The notes beneath the pieces were generated by a model. The model did not search any database, was not told the DNA's origin, and saw only the letters and a list, made by a program, of their open reading frames with translations. A program made the translations under genes and the position numbers. This document shows, in pieces, positions 25,639 through 37,900 of a stretch of DNA of 64,000 nucleotides. The first letter of the stretch is position 1; each line of letters opens with the position of its first letter. The stretch comes from Mobula hypostoma (Eukaryota): the NCBI RefSeq assembly GCF_963921235.1, contig NC_086100.1, positions 202,432,001 to 202,496,000 of the forward strand, in the 5' to 3' direction.

Positions 25639-28525
25639 AAACAACAGGAATTCTGCAGATGCTGGAAATTCAAGCAACACACATCAAAGTTGCTGGTGAA
25701 CGCAGCAGGCCAAGCAGCATCTATAGGAAGAGGCGCAGTCGACGTTTCAGGCCGAGACCCTTCGTCAGGACTAACTGAAGGAAGAGTGAGTAAGGAATTT
25801 GAAAGCTGGAGGGGGAGGGGGAGATGCAAAATGATAGGAGAAGACAGGAGGGGGAGGGATAGAGCCGAGAGCTGGACAGGTGATAGGCAAAAGGGGATAC
25901 GAGAGGATCATGGGACAGGAGGTCCGGGAAGAAAGACGGGGGGGGGTGACCCAGAGGATGGGCAAGAGGTATATTCAGAGGGACAGAGGGAGAAAAAGGA
26001 GAGTGAGAGAAAGAATGTGTGCATAAAAATGAGTAACAGATGGGGTACGAGGGGGAGGTGGGGCCTAGCGGAAGTTAGAGAAGTCAATGTTCATGCCATC
26101 AGGTTGGAGGCTACCCAGACGGAATATAAGGTGTTGTTCCTCCAACCTGAGTGTGGCTTCATCTTTACAGTAGAGGAGGCCGTGGATAGACATGTCAGAA
26201 TGGGAATGGGATGTGGAATTAAAATGTGTGGCCACTGGGAGATCCTGCTTTCTCTGGCGGACAGAGCGTAGATGTTCAGCAAAGCGGTCTCCCAGTCTGC
26301 GTCGGGTCTCACCAATATATAAAAGGCCACATCGGGAGCACCGGACGCAGTATATCACCCCAGTCGACTCACAGGTGAAGTGATGCCTCACCTGGAAGGA
26401 CTGTTTGGGGCCCTGAATGGTGGTAAGGGAGGAAGTGTAAGGGCATGTGTAGCACTTGTTCCGCTTACACGGATAAGTGCCAGGAGGGAGATCAGTGGGG
26501 AGGGATGGGGGGGGGACGAATGGACAAGGGAGTTGTGTAGGGAGCGATCCCTGCGGAATGCAGAGAGAGGGGGGGAGGGAAAGATGTGCTTAGTGGTGGG
26601 ATCCCGTTGGAGGTGGCGGAAGTTACGGAGAATAATATGTTGGACCCGGAGGCTGGTGGGGTGGTAGGTGAGGACCAGGGGAACCCTATTCCTAGTGGGG
26701 TGGTGGGAGGATGGAGTGAGAGCAGATGTACGTGAAATGGGGGAGATGCGTTTAAGAGCAGAGTTGATAGTGGAGGAAGGGAAGCCCCTTTCTTTAAAAA
26801 ATGAAGACATCTCCCTCGTCCTAGAATGAAAAGCCTCATCCTGAGAGCAGATGCGGCGGAGACGGAGGAATTGCGAGAAGGGGATGGCGTTTTTGCAAGA
26901 GACAGGGTGAGAAGAGGAATAGTCCAGATAGCTGTGAGAGTCAGTAGGCTTATAGTAGACATCAGTGGATAAGCTGTCTCCAGAGACAGAGACAGAAAGA
27001 TCTAGAAAGGGGAGGGAGGTGTCGGAAATGGACCAGGTAAACTTGAGGGCAGGGTGAAAGTTGGAGGCAAAGTTAATAAAGTCAACGAGTTCTGCATGCG
27101 TGCAGGAAGCAGCGCCAATGCAGTCGTCGATGTAGCGAAGGAAAAGTGGGGGACAGATACCCCACATAGATTGTTCCACAAACCCAACAAAAAGGCAGGC
27201 ATAGCTAGGACCCATACGGGTGCCCATAGCTACACCTTTAGTTTGGAGGAAATGGGAGGAGCAAAAGGAGAAATTATTAAGAGTAAGGACTAATTCTGCT
27301 AGACGGAGCAGAGTGGTGGTAGAGGGGAACTGATTAGGTCTGGAATCCAAAAAGAAGCGTAGAGCTTTGAGACCTTCCTGATGAGGGATGGAAGTATATA
27401 GGGACTGGACATCCATGGTGAAAATAAAGCGGTGGGGGCCAGGGAACTTAAAATCATCGAAAAGGTTAAGAGCGTGAGAAGTGTCACGAACATAGGTCGG
27501 AAGGGATTGAACAAGGGGTGATAAAACAGTGTCGAGGTATGCAGAAACGAGTTCGGTGGGGCAGGAGCAAGCTGAGACAATAGGTCGGCCAGGACAGGCA
27601 GGTTTGTGGATCTTGGGTAGGAGGTAGAAACGGGAAGTGCGGGGTGTGGGAACTATAAGGTTGGTAGCAGTGGATGGGAGATCCCCTGAGCGGATAAAGT
27701 CGTTGATAGTGTGGGAGACAATGGCCTGGTGCTCCTTAGTGGGGTCACGATCGAGGGGTAAATAAGAGGAGGTATCCGCGAGTTGTCGCTGTGCCTTGGC
27801 AAGGTAGAGGTCAGTACGTCAGACTACAACAGCACCCCCTTTATCAGCGGGTTTAATAATAAGGTTAGAATTAGTGCGGAGGGAGTGGAGAGCAGAGCGT
27901 TCCGAAGGAGTGAGGTTGGAATGGGGACAAGGTGCGGTGAAGTCGAGACGGTTGATGTCCCGTCGGCAGTTGGCAATAAAGAGATCCAGAGCAGGCAGAA
28001 GACCAGAGCGGGGTGTCCATGAAGAAGAGGAGGGTTGAAGACGGGAGAAGGGGTCATCGGTGGGGGTGGAAGAGTCCTTGCTGAAGAAGTAGGCTCGGAG
28101 ACGGAGACGGCGGAAGAAAAGTTCCGCATCATGGCGAACACGGAACTCGCTGAGGTGTGGGCGAAGGGGGACAAACGTGAGGCCCTTACTGAGAACAGAG
28201 CGTTCTGCCTCCGACAGTTGAAGGTCGGAGGGGATGGTAAAGACCCGGCACGGATGAGAGCTGGGATCAGAGGGGGGAGGGGGGAGGCTGGGGGTGTCAG
28301 TGGAGAGGGGAGGGTTGGGGTGAGAGGAAGATGGAGCCTCTGAGGGCCCAGGAGCTGACGGTGGGATCTGAGGAAGACGGGGCTGCGGAGTGGTGGTGGG
28401 GAAAGGGGAGACGGGAGTCACAACAGCAGCACATAAAGACCCGGCCTGGAGTTCAAGGCTGGAGTTGCAGTTGGTGGTTGCGTAATCACTTCGAATGTGT
28501 CCATGGTCGTTGCTGGAGTCCGGGT
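25639..28525 (-). mobile_element. Neptune-type Penelope-like element, left arm (5'-truncated, pseudogenised)
   Basis: LSKGLTFVP, IKPADKGGAVVV followed by TGA, MDVQSLY, QTKGVAMG, RYIDD, CKRNKCYTC, VIYCVRCSRCGLLYIGET (GIY-YIG), 3' hammerhead. Confidence 0.95.
25737..25772 (-). ncRNA. Minimal type-I hammerhead ribozyme
   Basis: agtc CTGACGA agg gtctcgg cct GAAA c GTC gact; stems I and II pair perfectly. Confidence 0.88.
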
Positions 28526-29291
28526 CTGTTGTGACTCCCGTCTCCCCTTCCCCCACCACCACTCCGCAGCCCCGTCTTCCTCAGATCCCACCGTCAGCTC
28601 CTGGGCCCTCAGAGGCTCCATCTTCCTCTCACCCCAACCCTCCCCTCTCCATTGACACCCCCAGCCTCCCCCCTCCCCCCTCTGATCCCAGCTCTCATCC
28701 GTGCCGGGTCTTTACCATCCCCTCCGACCTTCAACTGTCGGAGGCAGAACGCTCTGTTCTCAGTAAGGGCCTCACCTTTGTCCCCATTCCAACCTCACTC
28801 CTTCGGAACGCTCTGCTCTCCACTCCCTCCGCACTAATCCTAACCTTATTATTAAACCCGCTGATAAAGGGGGTGCTGTTGTAGTCTGGCGTACTGACCT
28901 CTACCTTGCCGAGGCACAGCGACAACTCGCGGATACCTCCTCTTATTTACCCCTCGATCGTGACCCCACTAAGGAGACCCAGGCCATTGTCTCCCACACC
29001 ATCACCGACTTTATCCGCTCAGGGGATCTCCCATCCACTGCTGCCAACCTTATAGTTCCCAGACCTCGCACTTCCCGTTTCTACCTCCTACCCAAGATCC
29101 ACAAACCTGCCTGTCCTGGCCGACCTATTGTCTCAGCTTGCTCCTGCCCCACCGAACTCGTTTCTGCATACCTCGACACTGTTTTATCACCCCTTGTTCA
29201 ATCCCTTCCGACCTATGTTCGTGACACTTCTCACGCTCTTAACCTTTTCGATGATTTTAAGTTCCCTGGCCCCCACCGCTTTATTTTCACC

Positions 29292-30320
29292 ATGGATGTC
29301 CAGTCCCTATATACTTCCATCCCTCATCAGGAAGGTCTCAAAGCTCTACGCTTCTTTTTGGATTCCAGACCTAATCAGTTCCCCTCTACCACCACTCTGC
29401 TCCGTCTAGCAGAATTAGTCCTTACTCTTAATAATTTCTCCTTTTGCTCCTCCCATTTCCTCCAAACTAAAGGTGTAGCTATGGGCACCCGTATGGGTCC
29501 TAGCTATGCCTGCCTTTTTGTTGGGTTTGTGGAACAATCTATGTGGGGTATCTGTCCCCCACTTTTCCTTCGCTACATCGACGACTGCATTGGCGCTGCT
29601 TCCTGCACGCATGCAGAACTCGTTGACTTTATTAACTTTGCCTCCAACTTTCACCCTGCCCTCAAGTTTACCTGGTCCATTTCCGACACCTCCCTCCCCT
29701 TTCTAGATCTTTCTGTCTCTGTCTCTGGAGACAGCTTATCCACTGATGTCTACTATAAGCCTACTGACTCTCACAGCTATCTGGACTATTCCTCTTCTCA
29801 CCCTGTCTCTTGCAAAAACGCCATCCCCTTCTCGCAATTCCTCCGTCTCCGCCGCATCTGCTCTCAGGATGAGGCTTTTCATTCTAGGACGAGGGAGATG
29901 TCTTCATTTTTTAAAGAAAGGGGCTTCCCTTCCTCCACTATCAACTCTGCTCTTAAACGCATCTCCCCCATTTCACGTACATCTGCTCTCACTCCATCCT
30001 CCCACCACCCCACTAGGAATAGGGTTCCCCTGGTCCTCACCTACCACCCCACCAGCCTCCGGGTCCAACATATTATTCTCCGTAACTTCCGCCACCTCCA
30101 ACGGGATCCCACCACTAAGCACATCTTTCCCTCCCCCCCTCTCTCTGCATTCCGCAGGGATCGCTCCCTACACAACTCCCTTGTCCATTCGTCCCCCCCC
30201 CATCCCTCCCCACTGATCTCCCTCCTGGCACTTATCCGTGTAAGCGGAACAAGTGCTACACATGCCCTTACACTTCCTCCCTTACCACCATTCAGGGCCC
30301 CAAACAGTCCTTCCAGGTGA
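29292..30320 (+). pseudogene. PLE reverse transcriptase core, frameshifted before the Zn-finger/GIY-YIG domain
   Basis: MDVQSLY, GVAMG, YIDD, PFLD, YYKPT motifs; translation identical to 26388-27416. Confidence 0.9.
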
Positions 30321-30643
30321 GGCATCACTTCACCTGTGAGTCGACTGGGGTGATATACTGCGTCCGGTGCTCCCGATGTGGCCTTTTATATATTGGTGAG
30401 ACCCGACGCAGACTGGGAGACCGCTTTGCTGAACATCTACGCTCTGTCCGCCAGAGAAAGCAGGATCTCCCAGTGGCCACACATTTTAATTCCACATCCC
30501 ATTCCCATTCTGACATGTCTATCCACGGCCTCCTCTACTGTAAAGATGAAGCCACACTCAGGTTGGAGGAACAACACCTTATATTCCGTCTGGGTAGCCT
30601 CCAACCTGATGGCATGAACATTGACTTCTCTAACTTCCGCTAG
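30317..30643 (+). pseudogene. PLE GIY-YIG endonuclease domain
   Basis: FTCESTGVIYCVRCSRCGLLYIGETRRRLGDRFAEH...RLEEQHLIFRLGSLQPDGMN. Confidence 0.9.
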
Positions 30644-30935
30644 GCCCCACCTCCCCCTTGTACCCCATCTGTTACTCATTTTTATGCACACATTCTTTCT
30701 CTCACTCTCCTTTTTCTCCCTCTGTCCCTCTGAATATACCTCTTGCCCATCCTCTGGGTCACCCCCCCCCATCTTTCTTCCCGGACCTCCTGTCCCATGA
30801 TCCTCTCGTATCCCCTTTTGCCTATCACCTGTCCAGCTCTCGGCTCTATCCCTCCCCCTCCTGTCTTCTCCTATCATTTTGCATCTCCCCCTCCCCCTCC
30901 AGCTTTCAAATCCCTTACTCACTCTTCCTTCAGTT

Positions 30936-30971
30936 AGTCCTGACGAAGGGTCTCGGCCTGAAACGTCGACT
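30936..30971 (+). ncRNA. Minimal type-I hammerhead ribozyme
   Basis: agtc CTGACGA agg gtctcgg cct GAAA c GTC gact; predicted cleavage after C30967. Confidence 0.88.
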
Positions 30972-31028
30972 GCGCCTCTTCCTACAGATGCTGCTTGGCC
31001 TGCTGCGTTCACCAGAAACAGGTGGGTG

Positions 31029-31207
31029 TTGCTTTGCTTTTAGTTTAGTTGCACGGTGGGTTTTTTTTCGGTGTTTTTTTTCCTTTTTCATTTTTTTTCT
31101 GTATTAATATCTCCTGTAATTTTATTATATTCTAACAGTGTATTAGTGCCTATATGGCTTACCTTTTTGTATACTTATTCAATAAAAAGATTTAAAAAGA
31201 AAAGAAA
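31029..31207 (+). mobile_element. Short L1-like 3' UTR with A-rich tail
   Basis: T-rich body, CAATAAAAA, tail aaaaagaaaagaaa; TSD AGAAACAGGTGGGTG. Confidence 0.65.
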
Positions 31208-31690
31208 AGAAACAGGTGGGTGCAAATGAGGACACAAGCAGGTAATTGGAGGAAGTCCAAAAAGGAAAGGGGCTGGGCCAAAACCCACATGGCCAGGTTA
31301 AAGAAAACAGAAATTAAAGACCGTTGTGATCCAGAGCTACCAGCAGAGGCCCTTCGACCCAGTGTTCAGGCCGGATCCTTAACAATAATTGCAGATAGAG
31401 AAAAGAGTTAAATTGTACCACGGAGGAATGTGGACAAACTTGTGGTGCAGTTAGAGATTGGTCGGTATGATGTTACGGGCATCACTGAGTCACAGCTGAA
31501 AGAAGGTCATAGTTGGGAGCTTAACATCAAGTGAAAAACAGTACTTTGTATCAAAAGGACAGGCAGGAAGGCACAGGCGGTGCTGTGGCTCTGTTGGCAA
31601 GAGAAGGAATTCCACCTTTAGAAAGAGGTGAAATTGAGTCAGAGAATGTTGAATCTTTGTGGGTGGGGTTAAGAAACTGCAAGGGTAAAT

Positions 31691-34600
31691 AAAAAGGATG
31701 AGGTCCTACAAGCTGAATTTAGGGAGCTAGGAGATAAATTAAAGAGTAGCACCTCAAAGGTAATAATCTCAGTATTATTACCGGTGCCGCATGCTAGCCA
31801 GAGTTGGAATAGCAGGATGGCTAGAATGAATATGTGGCTTGAGCGATGGGGCAGGAGGGAGGGTTTCAGATTCTTGGGGCATTGGAACCGCTTTTGGGGG
31901 AGGTGGGACCAGTACCATCCGAACGGTCCACATCTGGGCAGGGTCGGGATCAATGTCCTAGGGAGATGGTTTGCTCGTGCTCTTGGGGAGATTTTAAACT
32001 AATATGGCAGGGGGATGGGAACCAACGCAGAAAAGAAGAGGGAAGTGATGCAGATACCAAAGCTAGAGTTAGTGAAGAAGAAGTGAGAGGAGAATGCGTA
32101 AAAGTAAAAAGCAAAATTTACATAGGTCACTAGATTCTAAAAGGACAATGATTTATCTTTATCTAAATGCCCGTAGTATTAGAAACAAGGCTAGCGAACT
32201 TGTGGCACAGATCAGTACCAAGGCATATGATTTAGTGGCCATTACAGAAACCTGGTTGCAAGGTGGAGATGACTGGGAATTAAATATCCAAGAGTATCAG
32301 GTAATACGGAAAGATAGGCAGGAAGACAAAGGAGGTGGGTGGTGCTCTTAATTAAGGATGAGATCAGAGCGATTGTGAGAGACGATATAAGATCCACGGA
32401 GCAGAATGTTGAGTCCATCTGGGTGGAGATTAAGAATAGAAAAGGGAAAAAATCACTGGTGGGAGTTGTCTATAGGCCACCTAATAAAAATATTTCAGTG
32501 GCAGAGGTGATTAACCAAGAAATAACTGAGGCTTGTAAGAATGGAACGGCAGTTGTCATGGGGGTGAATCAGGTTGGTGAAGGAAGTCCTGAGGAGGACT
32601 TCGTAGAATGCATCCGTGATGGCTTTCCTGAGCAGCATGTTAGTGAACCTACTAGGGAAAATGCTATCTTACATCTTGTCCTGTGCAATGAGACAGGTAA
32701 GATTAACGACCTTGTAGTAGGAATCCTTTTGGAAAGAGTGATCATAAATGATTGAATTTCACATTCAGATGGAGGATGAAATAGTTAGATCTAAAACTAG
32801 TGTATTAAGCTTGAACAAGGGAGACTACAACAGGATGAGGGAGGAGTTGGCTAATGTGGATTGGGAGCACAGGCTATCTGGTACGACAGCTGAGGAACAG
32901 TGGAACACTTTCAAAGAGATTCTTCACAGTGCTTAACAAAAATATACTCCAGTCAAAAGTAAGAACAGTAAATGTGGGGAGAGCCAGCCTTGGATAACTA
33001 AGGAAATAAAAGATAGTATCAAATTAAAAGCTCATGTGTACAAAGTAGCAAATAGTAGTGGGAGACTGGAGGACTGGGAAAACTTTAAAAAGCAACAGAG
33101 AACAACTAAACAAGAAATAAGGAAAGGGAAGATAGAGTAGTCATAGTCATACATACTTTATTGATCCCGGGGGAAATTGGTTTTCGTTACAGTTGCTCCA
33201 TAAATAATGAATAGTAATAGAACCATAAATAGTTAAATAGTAATATGTAAATTGTGCCAGTAAATTATGAAATAAGTCCAGGACCAGCCTATTGGCTCAG
33301 GGTGTCTGAGCCTCCAAGGGAGAAGTTGTAAAGTTTGACGGCCACAGGCAGGAATGACTTCCTATGACGCTCAGTGCTGCATCTCGGTGGAATGAGTCTC
33401 TGGCTGAATGTACTCCTGTGCCCACCCAATCCATTATGTAGTGGATGGGAGACATTGTCCAAGATGGCATGCAACTTAGACAGCATCCTCTTTTCAGACA
33501 CCACCTTGAGAGAGTCCAGTTCCATCCCCACAACATCACTGGCCTTACGGATGAATATATGAAAGTAAATTAGCACAAAATATAAAAACAGATAGCAAAA
33601 GTTTTAATAAATATATGAAGTGGAAGAGGTGGCTAAAGTCAATGTAGGTCTCTTGGAAGACAAGAAGGGGAAATTGAAATTGGGTGATAAGGAAATGGCC
33701 GAGGCATTGAATGACTATTTTGTGTCGGTTTTCACGGTGGAGGACACATTTAATATGCCAACGAATGATGTTATGGACAAAATGGGAGGTGAGGACCTTG
33801 ATAAAATCACTGTCAGTAAAGAGCTAGTGATGAGCAAACTAGAGAGCCTGAAGATAGATAAGTCCCCTGGTCCTGATGGGATGCATCCCAGGGTGCTGAG
33901 GAATTGGTGGAGGTTATAGTAGACACGTTGGTGATCATTTATCAAAATTCTCTGGACTCTGGGCAGGTCCCGGCGGACTGGAAGACAGCAAATGTCACGC
34001 CACTTTTTAAGAAAGGATGTAGGCGAAAGACAAGCAACTATAGGCCAGTTAGCTTAACATCTGTAGTCGGGAAAATGCTTGAAGCTGTCATTAAGGAAGA
34101 AATAGTGAAACATTTATTAAGGAGTGGTTCCATTAGGCAGACGCAACATGGATTCAGAAAGGGCAGGTCTCCTGTTTGACAAACTTATGGAGTTCTTTGA
34201 GAACATAATGAGTGCAGTGGATAGAGGGGAACAGGTGGATGTCGTATATTTGGATTTCCAGAAGGTGTTCGATAAGGTGCCGCATAAGATAAGGATTCAT
34301 AGAGTTGGGGGTGATGTATTAGCATGGATAGAGGATTGGTTAACTAATAGAAAGCAGAGAGTTGGGATACATGGGTGTTACTCTGGTTGACAATCTGTGG
34401 TGGGCGGTGTGCCACAGGGGTTGGTGTTGGACCCACAATTAATCATGATATACATTAACAATCTGGAAGAGGGGACCGAGTGTAGTGTATCTAAGCTTGA
34501 TGATACTAAATTGAATGGAAAAACAAATTGTGCAGAAGATACAGAGTGACTGCAGGGAGATATAGATAGGTTAAGTGAGTGGGCAAGGGTCTGGCAGATG

Positions 34601-34912
34601 GAGTACAATGTTGGTAAATGCGAGTTCATGCACTTTGGAATGAAAAATGTTAGAGCAGATTATTATTTAAATGGTAAAATTGCAGCACGCTGCTGTGCAG
34701 AGGGACTTGGGAGTGCTTGTGTATGAATCACTAAAGGTTGGTTTGCAGGTGCAGCAGGCTATCAAGAAGGTAAATGGAATGTTGGCCTTCATTGCTAGAG
34801 GGATTGTATTTAAGAGCAGGGAGGTCATGCTGCAACTGTACAGGGTACTGGTGAGGCCGCACCTGGAGTACTGTGTGCTGTTCTGGTCTCCTTACTTGAG
34901 GAAGGATATACT
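31691..34912 (+). mobile_element. CR1 LINE remnant (ORF1 esterase end, EN, RT)
   Basis: FRFLGHWNRFWG, YLNARSIRNK, AITETWL, YRPP, NYRPVSLTSV, VRPHLEYC. Confidence 0.88.
33138..33555 (-). mobile_element. Rex1/Babar-like 3' fragment
   Basis: RKSFLPVAVKLYN; (GACTAT)n tail. Confidence 0.8.
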
Positions 34913-37900
34913 GGGTACACCATATGCAATTAAACGATTGACCTTTATAAATCTTAATCTGAATATAGGGTTAGTAAAGAAAATTAAAAGAAAAAGGGCC
35001 CATTTTAAGAGAAAAGTCAAAGTGCATGTTGGAGCTCACTGATATAGCCATTCATCCACCATCAACCTCCTCCGAGCATCACTGACCTTTGGGCCCTCGG
35101 TCCATCCACTCCATCCGGTGGTCTACCAGCTCTCTCCCCACGCGTCTTCCTTCTTCTCCTCTTGCTGACAACAGACCACAAAAATCTCTCTTCCAGACTC
35201 ACAAGAAAGAACATTTCTCTCATTGGATAGCCCCCACATTCCAAGCCCCGTTATCTCCAATTGTAACCCAAACATTGTTGCTACAGAGAAACCATTACAT
35301 TAGCAGTGAAACCTTTCACTGTGTTACATTCTCTCCCCCCACCCTGTCACCAAATGTAGTCATGTTCCCATGATGTTGAGATAATTCGCCAACACCTCCT
35401 GCAAAACACAAAGCCCAATCCAGGTGTGAAAGGCAGTGATATAGCTCCCCAAAATGGTAGGGGTCATGCTCTGTTCCCTGAGTGCTATGTAGGCCAGCCT
35501 ATCCGGTGGTCTCCTAACTCTCTGAGACCTCCGCACCCCCTCATCTAACTCTTCAGGCTCCGACGCTAGCGATGCAGATGGATGCTCCCCTGGTGTCATG
35601 GATTCTTGATTACCTGACTGGCAGACCACAGTATGTGTGCTTGCAACACTGTGTGTCCGACAGAGTGATCAGCAGCACTGGGGCTCCACAGGGGACTGCC
35701 TGGTCTCCCTTTCTCTTCACCATCTACACCTCGGACCTCAACTACTGCACAGAGTCTTGTCATCTTCAGAAGTTTTCGGATGACTCTGCCATAGTTGGAT
35801 GCATCAGCAAGAGAGATGAGGTTGAGTACAGGGCTACGGTAGGAAACTTTGTCACATGGTGTGAGCAGAATTATCTGCAGCTTAATGTGAAAAAGACTAA
35901 GGAGCTGGTGGTAGACCTCAGGAGAGCTAAGGTACCGGTGACCCCTGTTTTCATCCAGGGGGTCAGTGTGGACATGGTGGAGGATTACATATGCCTGGGG
36001 ATACGAATTGACAATAAGCTGGACTGGTCAAAGAACACTGAGGCTGTCTACAAGAAGGGTCAGAGCCGTCTCTATTTCCTGAGGAGACTGAGGTCCTTTA
36101 ACATCTGCCGGACGATGCTGAGGATGTCCTATGGGTCTGTGGCGGCCAGTGCTATCATATTTGCTGTTGTGTGCTGGGGCAGCAGGCTGAGGGTAGCAGA
36201 CACCAACAGAATCAACAAACTCATTCGTTAGGCCAGTGATGTTGTGGGGATGGAAATGGACTCTCTCATGGTGGTGTCTGAAAAGAGGATGCTGTCCAAG
36301 TTGCATGCCATCTTGGACAATGTCTCCCAACCATTACATAATGTACTGGGTGGGCACAGGAGTACATTCAGCCAGAGACTCATTCCACCGAGATGCAACA
36401 CAGAGCGTCATAGGAAGTCATTCCTGCCTGTGGCCATCAAACTTTACAACTCCTCCCTTGGAGGGTCAGACACCCTGAGCCAATAGGTGGGTCTTGGACT
36501 TATTTCCTGGTATAACTTACATTTTACTATTTAATTATTTATGGTTTTATTACTATTTAGATATTTATGGTGCAACTGTAATGAAAACCAATTTCCCCTG
36601 GGATCAATAAAGTATGACTATGACTATGACTATGACTATGGATACTCCCGGTCTACCCGGAGAGGCCTACCCCGATCTATCACTCGAGCCCACCTGCAAC
36701 TCGAAGCCCTCTGTCCTGTGGCCAAACCCCGCTTTCTACCCTGCAGGGTCCCGCTACAAGCCAGTCTGCCCACAGGTAGCGCCCCCCCCTTCACAGGGAG
36801 AAGGGCCAGGGTCTCTTCCTCAATGAATGGGGAGTTTGCAAAAGGCAGCATATACCACACATCCAGGTCCTCATCTTCCGAATCAGTATCCCTCAGGGGT
36901 GGGGGCCGGCCTAACCTTGCCTGTTGGGGCCCTGCAGTCGCCCCATGTTTCCGTAGAGTTCTCTTACTGGTGTAGGCTCCAAATCGGGCTCTGGGTCCAC
37001 CTGCACCTCTAGACCCAGGGGCAACAGGTGGTTCCAATGGAGAATCTTGTCAGGTCCATTCCCCTCCTCTGGTTACACCTGGAAAACTGGTAGGTTTGGC
37101 ATTTGACTTTCCAACACATAGGGCTTAGCCGCCCAGTGGTCAGCCAACTTGTGCTTTCCGGGTAGCCCCAAATTCCTAATGAGGACTCGGTCTCCCGGCG
37201 GGAGTTGGGAGAACCTCACCTTTTGATCATACCTCCTCTTATTCCCTTGATTCTGCTTGGCAGGCGTGACCCCAGCTAATTCATAAGCCCTTTTCAGCTC
37301 TCTTTTCATATCAGACACATACCAGGTAAATCTTCGGTGGTAAGTCAGCCTCCAACAGTCTCAAAACAAAGGTCAATGGGCAACTTTGCCTTGTGCCCAA
37401 ACATCAGATAATATGGCGAGCACCCAGTAGCTTCATTTCGTGTACAGTTGTAACAGTGAACCAGATGCCCAATATGTTGACTCCACCTGCTCTTCTTGCT
37501 GATCTCCAGGGTCCTGAGCATGTCTAGCAAGGTCTAATTAAACCTCTCCGGCTGGGGATCGCCCTGCGGGTGAAAAGGCGTGGTCCTCGACTTCTCGACT
37601 CCAAGCATGCCCAGTAACTCATGGATGAATCTGCTCTCGAAATCCCATTCCTGATCACTATGTATCTGCCTGGGAAGGCCATAATAAATGAAATACTTCT
37701 CCCATAACACTTCTGCCACCTTAGACGCCCTCTGGTCCTTGGTAGGAAAAGCCTGAGCATATCTGGTGTAGTGGTCCGTGATGACTAAGACATTCACCGT
37801 GTTGCTGGCATCGGGTTCTAGTGACAGGAAATCCATACCGTCACATGACCGGCAACAATGAATATAGAATTGAGTCAGGTTTTTCAGGTTGCTTCATGTT

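Larger units (their letters stand above)
28526..31013 (+). mobile_element. Neptune-type Penelope-like element, right arm
   Basis: Inverted copy of the left arm with a 244-bp N-terminal deletion; RT frame open from the DKG motif to the poly-C frameshift near 30200; GIY-YIG ORF 30317-30643. Confidence 0.95.
25278..31384. mobile_element. Solo LTR (~0.5 kb of own sequence) hosting the PLE pair and an L1-like tail
   Basis: TGTCAGG...CCTTAACA termini, flanking duplication ATAATT; the CR1 sequence resumes on both sides. Confidence 0.7.

Noticed and set aside
25633..26667. Antisense ORFs over the PLE (212 aa, 95 aa and others)
   Set aside because: Shadow frames of the GIY-YIG region and purine-rich 3' UTR.
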